From a virus (Duplodnaviria > Caudoviricetes): a stretch of 53,545 bases of DNA. The notes beneath the pieces were generated by a model. That model saw nothing but the letters and a program-made list of their open reading frames with translations. It was not told where the DNA came from and searched no databases. The translations under genes were made by a program, and so were the position numbers. The stretch is taken from positions 1 to 53,545 of IMG/VR virus record IMGVR_UViG_3300001533_001828; one strand, written 5' to 3'. Below are positions 1 through 4,923 of this stretch, piece by piece. Each line of letters begins with the position of its first letter. Positions within the stretch are counted from its first letter, which is position 1.

Positions 1-130
1 AAATCTTCTGCAACTTGCAAAGATTTATGGTCATGAAACTGGTAATTGTTCATTGTGTGGTCGCACTCTGAGCGATCCATTATCAATTCAAATGGGCATT
101 GGTCCTGTTTGTGCAAAAAGACTTTCTTGA
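1..130 (+). CDS. 3' end of a small zinc-ribbon protein (DUF6011-like), truncated by the window edge
   Basis: Frame from position 2 reads NLLQLAKIYGHETGNCSLCGRTLSDPLSIQMGIGPVCAKRLS-stop (TGA 128-130). The CxxCGRxLxDxxSxxxGxGPxC pattern is typical of DUF6011. Not in the ORF track. Confidence 0.7.
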   Translation, partial: NLLQLAKIYGHETGNCSLCGRTLSDPLSIQMGIGPVCAKRLS

Positions 131-204
131 GTCTCATACAGTCCCAGACCACTTGTACAACTGGCACAATCATCACCCCAAACCCCTCCAAAATGCCCTA
201 CAAT
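130..204 (+). promoter_or_regulatory. Putative early-promoter cassette, copy 1: palindrome CCACTTGTACAACTGG then -10 TACAAT
   Basis: 130-156 is identical to 1130-1156. Imperfect inverted repeat at 149-164; TACAAT at 199-204, upstream of the ATG at 229. Confidence 0.65.
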
Positions 205-228
205 ACACCTGTAGTCAATCAGAGCACT

Positions 229-414
229 ATGTACATCTCTTGTCCTTTAACATTTGATCTAGAAGATGCTGAATGGTTTGATGATTATCAAAATGCAGTA
301 GATAGTGCTCTTGATTGGAGTGTTGAACTAAATGGTGAAAATGTGATTGTTTATGAAGCAGTAGATGGTCCTTATGGTTATGACTTCTCTCCTATGAAGT
401 CTATTATTGCATAA
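229..414 (+). CDS. Small acidic hypothetical early protein (61 aa)
   Basis: In-frame ATG at 229 within track ORF 46..414. The upstream part of that ORF overlaps the previous gene and the promoter cassette, so 229 is the better start. Confidence 0.65.
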   Translation: MYISCPLTFDLEDAEWFDDYQNAVDSALDWSVELNGENVIVYEAVDGPYGYDFSPMKSIIA

Positions 415-453
415 AGATAATTCTCCTTTCTCTCTCTCTATCTCTTCTATCTT

Positions 454-645
454 ATGAACAAACTCACTAAAGCACAAAAAGAAATCCTTCTTACTCTTGA
501 GAATGGTGATGAAGTTCTTAATTATACTCAACGTATGCGATCAATTCAACCACTCATTGATGCAGGTATTGTTTATATTAAAGAGACTAAAGATTCAAAT
601 GGTATTACAGAAGATGTAAGAGTTGCATTAGTTCTTACACAATGA
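454..645 (+). CDS. Small hypothetical protein (63 aa), possibly winged-helix-like
   Basis: ATG start after a pyrimidine-rich leader. KLTKAQKEILLTL...LIDAGIV resembles a MarR/wHTH-like pattern (weak). ATGA overlap with the next gene. Confidence 0.65.
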   Translation: MNKLTKAQKEILLTLENGDEVLNYTQRMRSIQPLIDAGIVYIKETKDSNGITEDVRVALVLTQ

Positions 646-803
646 CTACTGCTAAAAGAATGGAAAAGGCATTTCTTAAACAGTGCTTTATTCTTATCAA
701 TGAAGTACAAGATAAGAGCATGATACATAAAGAGTTTCAACCTTATCGTAAATCACTCTGGCAACCAAAGAATAGAGGCAAAAAAACAGTTAAAGTTAGT
801 TGA
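642..803 (+). CDS. Small basic hypothetical protein (53 aa)
   Basis: Hand translation: MTTAKRMEKAFLKQCFILINEVQDKSMIHKEFQPYRKSLWQPKNRGKKTVKVS. ATGA overlap with the stop of 454..645 suggests translational coupling. Below the ORF-track size cutoff. Confidence 0.6.
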   Translation: MTTAKRMEKAFLKQCFILINEVQDKSMIHKEFQPYRKSLWQPKNRGKKTVKVS

Positions 804-876
804 TAAGGTATAAAAAAATACATTTATTCATTGTAGAATAAATGTATTAAAAAATATACTTAAGTGATTGTTAAGT

Positions 877-897
877 TGTGGAAAAACCTGTGGAAAA
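877..897 (-). promoter_or_regulatory. Two tandem DnaA-box-like 9-mers (TGTGGAAAA = TTTTCCACA on the minus strand)
   Basis: TGTGGAAAA at 877-885 and 889-897, in non-coding DNA. Confidence 0.6.
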
Positions 898-918
898 CTT
901 GTTATATCTCTTAATATC

Positions 919-1002
919 TCTTATGTTAGTGTTTATATCTCTTAATGCTTGTAGTTCTTATCTTATGTGAGTGTTTATATCTCTTAATGTCTCTAGTTCT
1001 TG
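919..1002. repeat. Imperfect 42-bp tandem duplication
   Basis: 919-960 tcttatgttagtgtttatatctcttaatgcttgtagttctta vs 961-1002 tcttatgtgagtgtttatatctcttaatgtctctagttcttg. Preceded by two ATATCTCTTA sub-repeats at 904-923. Confidence 0.85.
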
Positions 1003-1016
1003 TGGTCTTAGCCCGC

Positions 1017-1045
1017 ATAATACCATAAGTCTCAAAAAATGTCAA
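1017..1045 (-). promoter_or_regulatory. Near-consensus sigma70 promoter on the minus strand with no credible downstream ORF
   Basis: Minus strand reads TTGACA (1045-1040), 17-nt spacer, TATTAT (1022-1017), with an extended -10 TGn (TGG). Confidence 0.65.
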
Positions 1046-1129
1046 GGGTATAAATTACTTCCCAAAGACTGAATTATTTATACAAGTTTTATTTTCTATA
1101 AGGGCATCAAATGTTTGAATCTCAACACA

Positions 1130-1203
1130 AGTCTCATACAGTCCCAGACCACTTGTGCAAGTGGCACAGTCACCTTCCCACGGACCCCAAAATGCGCTAT
1201 ACT
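1130..1203 (+). promoter_or_regulatory. Putative early-promoter cassette, copy 2: palindrome CCACTTGTGCAAGTGG then -10 TATACT
   Basis: Near-identical to 130-204. Inverted repeat with 7-bp arms at 1149-1164; shared CCAAAATGC; TATACT at 1198-1203. A GAGAGT/ACTTTC stem follows at about 1226-1240. Confidence 0.65.
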
Positions 1204-1280
1204 GTAAGGGTGATGGGGAGAGAGTGAGAGTAAAACTTTCTCTTTATCATATTAACCAAACACGTTACTTTCTTTTTATT

Positions 1281-1457
1281 ATGCTCAATCGTCAGACTGT
1301 TATTGGTATGCTCCGTCAGGGAAAAACATCCAATCAGATTCTTGATATTCTTGATGTTATTGTGAATGATCTTCGGGAGAGTGTTTGTGAAGCACAAGGT
1401 ATTGCTAATTGCCCCGAGAATGAGGATGAAATTAGTGCTATGATGATCCTTAACTGA
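1281..1457 (+). CDS. Small hypothetical protein A (58 aa), paralog of 1500..1631
   Basis: In-frame ATG at 1281 of track ORF 1155..1457: MLNRQTVIGMLRQGKTSNQILDILDVIVND... The upstream part of the track ORF is promoter DNA. Confidence 0.7.
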   Translation: MLNRQTVIGMLRQGKTSNQILDILDVIVNDLRESVCEAQGIANCPENEDEISAMMILN

Positions 1458-1499
1458 TAAAAATTTTAAGTACCTTCTAAGTCCTTCTACATTCGTTCT

Positions 1500-1631
1500 A
1501 TGATGATTATTACTCGTTCTCAACGTGATGTATTCGTTGGTATGCTTCGTGTTGGAAATACTGGGGAAGATGTTCTGAGTATTCTTGATATCATCATTCG
1601 TGATGTTTCTGATAATCAAGATGATTCGTGA
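1500..1631 (+). CDS. Small hypothetical protein B (43 aa), paralog of 1281..1457
   Basis: Hand translation: MMIITRSQRDVFVGMLRVGNTGEDVLSILDIIIRDVSDNQDDS. Shares GMLRxGxTxxxxLxILDxIxxD with the upstream gene. Not in the ORF track. Confidence 0.7.
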   Translation: MMIITRSQRDVFVGMLRVGNTGEDVLSILDIIIRDVSDNQDDS

Positions 1632-1643
1632 TTGAGTTAAACC

Positions 1644-1803
1644 TGTGGAAAAAAAGTTTTCCACAGATAATTGAACACTTTCCCCTATAGGAACCTAAAG
1701 AAATAACACTCAATAGTTTTCCACAGGTTTTATAAAAATCCTAGTATTTACAGTACTTTATGATTTTCGTCCTGTGGAAAACTATTCGTTATTCTGTGGA
1801 AAA
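1644..1803. promoter_or_regulatory. Cluster of five DnaA-box-like 9-mers in both orientations
   Basis: TGTGGAAAA at 1644, 1773 and 1795; TTTTCCACA at 1657 and 1717. The 1644/1657 pair forms the inverted repeat CTGTGGAAAA-aaag-TTTTCCACAG. Confidence 0.6.
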
Positions 1804-1822
1804 CTTATAATGTTCGTTATCT

Positions 1823-1953
1823 TATACCCTGGGTATAGTTTCTAATTATAATCCCTAGGCATCTGTTAGTCCATTATTCGTCCCCCAGTTCGTGTTAGTT
1901 TAACCCTAGATATAGTTTCTAATTATAACCCTGGGTATAGTTTCTATTATTAT
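1823..1953. repeat. Three ~25-bp direct repeats ACCCT(G/A)G(G/A)TATAGTTTCTA(A/T)T (iteron-like)
   Basis: Copies start at 1826, 1903 and 1928. Copy 1 lies in the palindrome TATACCC-T-GGGTATA (1823-1837). Confidence 0.85.
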
Positions 1954-2080
1954 CATACAGTTCTATATGTAAAATAACATTTATTGTTCGTGTATAATAA
2001 TTAGTTCGTTATCGCAATCCCCAGTATATTATAATTGACAGTGTTTTCTGATTCTTATTGTTGATTATTATAAACCGATG

Positions 2081-2129
2081 CCCCCCCCCTATAAAGGTAT
2101 AAAGGTATAAAGGTATAAAGGTATAAAGG
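2081..2129. repeat. C9 homopolymer followed by five tandem TATAAAGG
   Basis: C run at 2081-2089; TATAAAGG x5 at 2090-2129. Confidence 0.9.
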
Positions 2130-2326
2130 GGTTCTAAGGTTTTTTATAAACCCTAAAATAAAAAACACTAACTTCCCTAACCTACAACGAACCAAAAACG
2201 AGAGAGTGAATATGATTGATTTAAAATCAATTTTAGGTTTATCTTTATATAAAAAAAATTTCTGGGGGGAAAAATCGCCAAAAAGGTTTAATAGGATAAA
2301 TATAAAAAAATATAAGTATAATAAAA

Positions 2327-2479
2327 ATGCAGACATATATGATAGAAGTGAGGGGAAAGAAGATACTTTCACAAGTCTCACAAAAAGAATTACAGGACAA
2401 ATTAAAATTAATCAGAGGTCTTGTATGGACATCTGGTGGTGATGATAAGGATATCAAAGTAACACTAAATAAAGCATAA
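2327..2479 (+). CDS. Small hypothetical protein (50 aa)
   Basis: Hand translation: MQTYMIEVRGKKILSQVSQKELQDKLKLIRGLVWTSGGDDKDIKVTLNKA. Protein-like composition; preceded by ATAAATA (2296-2302); ends just before the next promoter. Confidence 0.6.
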   Translation: MQTYMIEVRGKKILSQVSQKELQDKLKLIRGLVWTSGGDDKDIKVTLNKA

Positions 2480-2484
2480 TCACC

Positions 2485-2513
2485 TTGCAGAATTTGGTTT
2501 GGGGTGATAGAAT
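2485..2513 (+). promoter_or_regulatory. sigma70-type promoter for the glycosyltransferase-like gene
   Basis: TTGCAG (2485-2490), 17-nt spacer, TAGAAT (2508-2513), with extended -10 TGA. Confidence 0.55.
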
Positions 2514-2542
2514 ATCAACGTTAGTAAAACTATTAATTTTTT

Positions 2543-3298
2543 ATGGCTAAAGGATTTACTGTTAAAACTGTAGCACCAAAAAAGGATAAATCATCAGAAA
2601 ACATTTTTAATATTAATGAAGCAAAAGAAATGATTCGAGGTAAGACAGTTGTATTCTGTCTTCCTGGTCGAGGAGTTTCTTATACATTTCTTAAAAATTT
2701 TGTACAATTATGTTTTGATCTTGTACAATCAGGTGCAAGCATTCAAATTTCTCAGGATTATTCATCAATGGTGAATTTTGCTCGATGTAAAGTTCTTGGT
2801 GCAAATGTACTAAGGGGACCAAAACAAAAACCTTGGGATGGAAAGTTAAATTATGATTATCAATTATGGATTGATAGTGATATTGTATTTGATATTGAGA
2901 AATTTTATCGTCTTGTTGTAATGGATAAAGATATTGCAGCTGGATGGTATTGTACAGAAGATGGACACACAACATCAGTTGCACATTGGTTAGAAGAAGA
3001 TGACTTCCGCACCAATGGTGGTGTGATGAATCACGAAACATTGGAATCAATGTCCAAACGTAAAAAACCATTTACTGTTGATTATACAGGATTTGGTTGG
3101 GTACTTATTAAGAATGGAGTATTTGAGAATCTTGAATACCCTTGGTTTGCTCCTAAGATGCAAGTATTTGAATCTGGAGAAGTTCAAGATATGTGTGGTG
3201 AAGATGTATCATTCTGCCTTGATGCAAAAGAGGCAGGATATGAAATTTGGTGTGATCCAAAAATTCGTGTGGGGCACGAAAAGACTAGGATTATTTGA
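2543..3298 (+). CDS. GT-A fold (family 2-like) glycosyltransferase
   Basis: DYQLWIDSDIVF (DxD motif), TGFGWVLIK, acceptor-base motif GEDVSFC and C-terminal RVGH. Confidence 0.75.
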   Translation: MAKGFTVKTVAPKKDKSSENIFNINEAKEMIRGKTVVFCLPGRGVSYTFLKNFVQLCFDLVQSGASIQISQDYSSMVNFARCKVLGANVLRGPKQKPWDGKLNYDYQLWIDSDIVFDIEKFYRLVVMDKDIAAGWYCTEDGHTTSVAHWLEEDDFRTNGGVMNHETLESMSKRKKPFTVDYTGFGWVLIKNGVFENLEYPWFAPKMQVFESGEVQDMCGEDVSFCLDAKEAGYEIWCDPKIRVGHEKTRII

Positions 3299-3459
3299 TA
3301 ATATAATTCTCAGGCAAAAATATTATAATATAGAGATTTTTTTATTTTTAGAGTTTATATCTTATATTCTCTATTATAATAAAAAATCTCTATAATTATT
3401 TTTTACCTACTAATATATTCTCTCTCTCTCACTCTCTCAGATCCTCTTGATCTTTTTAC

Positions 3460-3578
3460 TATTCTAGACCTTATTCTAGACCTTATTCTAGACCTTATTC
3501 TAGACCTTATTCTAGACCTTATTCTAGACCTTATTCTAGACCTTATTTAGACCTTATTCTAGACCTTATTCTAGACCT
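3460..3578. repeat. Tandem array of ten 12-bp units TATTCTAGACCT
   Basis: Nine perfect units plus one 11-bp variant (TATTTAGACCT, 3544-3554); intergenic. Confidence 0.95.
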
Positions 3579-3643
3579 TATAATTTTCGCGCAAAAAACC
3601 CGCCAAAAACCGCTTTAAGAGAAAAAACTAGGAGAAATTTAAA

Positions 3644-3778
3644 ATGGCACTAAACAAAAAAGATGTAAAAATTGAAAGCAAACCAAAAACAACACTTCAA
3701 GGAAGTGGGAAAAATACAAAATATTCTGCAACTAGTAGAAATGCTGCTAGAAAAAAATATAGAGGACAAGGTAAATAA
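3644..3778 (+). CDS. Small, very basic protein (44 aa) ending KKYRGQGK
   Basis: Hand translation: MALNKKDVKIESKPKTTLQGSGKNTKYSATSRNAARKKYRGQGK. AGGAG Shine-Dalgarno at 3630-3634; followed by a terminator. Not in the ORF track. Confidence 0.8.
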   Translation: MALNKKDVKIESKPKTTLQGSGKNTKYSATSRNAARKKYRGQGK

Positions 3779-3783
3779 ATATT

Positions 3784-3809
3784 AAAAGATGCGTTTAGCA
3801 TCTTTTTTT
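3784..3809 (+). terminator. Rho-independent terminator
   Basis: AAAAGATGC-GTTTA-GCATCTTTT followed by further T residues. Confidence 0.75.
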
Positions 3810-3826
3810 GTATCTTGGGTATCTTT

Positions 3827-4483
3827 ATGTCCTGTTTAATATCTAATCTACCCTCTCAAGAGGTATGGGTAAGGAAAGAATATCTTACAGATCACCAAAG
3901 TGGTCATGGAGAATACGAAAAAGGAATATGGGTTTCGGTAAAGTCTATACCAGGAAGAGCATTTTATTTTGAAACATATTTACCAGAATATGCAGCATTA
4001 TATGATAAATTACCTATTAGTGCATTTTTATCAGAACCAAAAAAACCAGATCCAGATATGACACTTCATAATCTCCAATTTTGGAATTGTATGGATTATG
4101 GTGTTGTTACTGTGCAAAAGCAATTCATAGGTTCTATGAATTATGAAGTTTATACTAGAGATTATGGATCAATTCGTGGTACTTATATTTGCACAATAGA
4201 TAACTATCATCAAGATCCAGATGTTATTGATTATGCAACAAGTGAAAATCCATCAGAACATAAATCACACAATCTAATTGAACTTGTTAATGGACAATAT
4301 GCACTATATCCAAATAATAGAATGCGTGTATATGATAATAGTTTGACACCACCAGAACCAAAAACTCCGGATTTTAAAGTATCTACAGAATACTATCAAG
4401 TTGAAAATGGTTACGATTTAATGGGACTAGGAGATCAAGAGTCTTATTTCTGGGAGACAAAAAAAGAAAGAGGAATTTCATAA
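3827..4483 (+). CDS. Hypothetical phage protein upstream of gp25
   Basis: Long ORF with normal composition; in-frame ATG at 3827 (MSCLISNLP) preferred over the TTG at 3815. No function recognised. Confidence 0.8.
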   Translation: MSCLISNLPSQEVWVRKEYLTDHQSGHGEYEKGIWVSVKSIPGRAFYFETYLPEYAALYDKLPISAFLSEPKKPDPDMTLHNLQFWNCMDYGVVTVQKQFIGSMNYEVYTRDYGSIRGTYICTIDNYHQDPDVIDYATSENPSEHKSHNLIELVNGQYALYPNNRMRVYDNSLTPPEPKTPDFKVSTEYYQVENGYDLMGLGDQESYFWETKKERGIS

Positions 4484-4521
4484 TAAAAAGTATTATAGAT
4501 ATATTAAAAGTGTATTTCTGA

Positions 4522-4923
4522 ATGTCAGTTAAAATCTCAAGGAGTTTTAAAGATATAAGTTTGTCTTTTACTAGACATCCAGTAACTAATGATATCACCA
4601 TTCTTAGAAATGAAGATGCAATTAAAAAATCTGTAATTAATTTAGTAAAAACAAATATTGGTGAAAGGTTTTTTAATCCAATTCTTGGATCAGGGGTTAT
4701 TAACTCTTTATTTGAACTTCAATCATCAGGAGTTGAATCATCACTAGAAGAAGAAATTACCACGCTGTTAAATAATTTTGAACCAAGAATAAGTTTAAAT
4801 AGTGTTATAGTTCAAATAATTGAAGATAGTAATGAACTCGAAGTTAAAATATCATATAATATTGTTGGATTACCAGTTCCAAACCAAAATATAGAATTTA
4901 TTTTACAACCAAGTAAAGTGTAA
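4522..4923 (+). CDS. gp25: Baseplate wedge subunit gp25
   Basis: FKDISLSF...IKKSVINLVKTNIGERFFNPILGS...FEPRI is the gp25/GPW signature; lies immediately before gp6. Confidence 0.9.
   Translation: MSVKISRSFKDISLSFTRHPVTNDITILRNEDAIKKSVINLVKTNIGERFFNPILGSGVINSLFELQSSGVESSLEEEITTLLNNFEPRISLNSVIVQIIEDSNELEVKISYNIVGLPVPNQNIEFILQPSKV

Noticed and set aside
46-228. N-terminal extension of track ORF 46..414
   Set aside because: Overlaps the DUF6011-like gene end and the promoter cassette; the ATG at 229 fits better.
131-1131. Exactly 1000-bp spacing of the two promoter cassettes
   Set aside because: The copies diverge internally like natural repeats; the round number is probably coincidence.
1197-1664. 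155-aa minus-strand ORF
   Set aside because: Antisense shadow of the two plus-strand paralogs, whose mutual similarity supports the plus strand.
1823-1953. Mini-CRISPR from the ~25-bp repeats
   Set aside because: Spacing is irregular (77 and 25 bp) and copies 2 and 3 abut with no spacer.
2035-2061. Plus-strand promoter from TTGACA at 2035
   Set aside because: The best -10 candidate (TATTGT) is only 15 nt away; too weak to call.
2055-2457. Track ORFs 2055..2381(-), 2206..2442(+) and 2245..2457(-)
   Set aside because: They translate low-complexity repeats and A/T tracts; the frame 2327..2479 is more protein-like.
3078-3395. 105-aa plus-strand ORF
   Set aside because: Out-of-frame overlap with the glycosyltransferase, then AT-rich intergenic DNA; no recognisable features.
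3460-3578. CRISPR array
   Set aside because: Units are 12 bp, head-to-tail, with no unique spacers and no cas genes.
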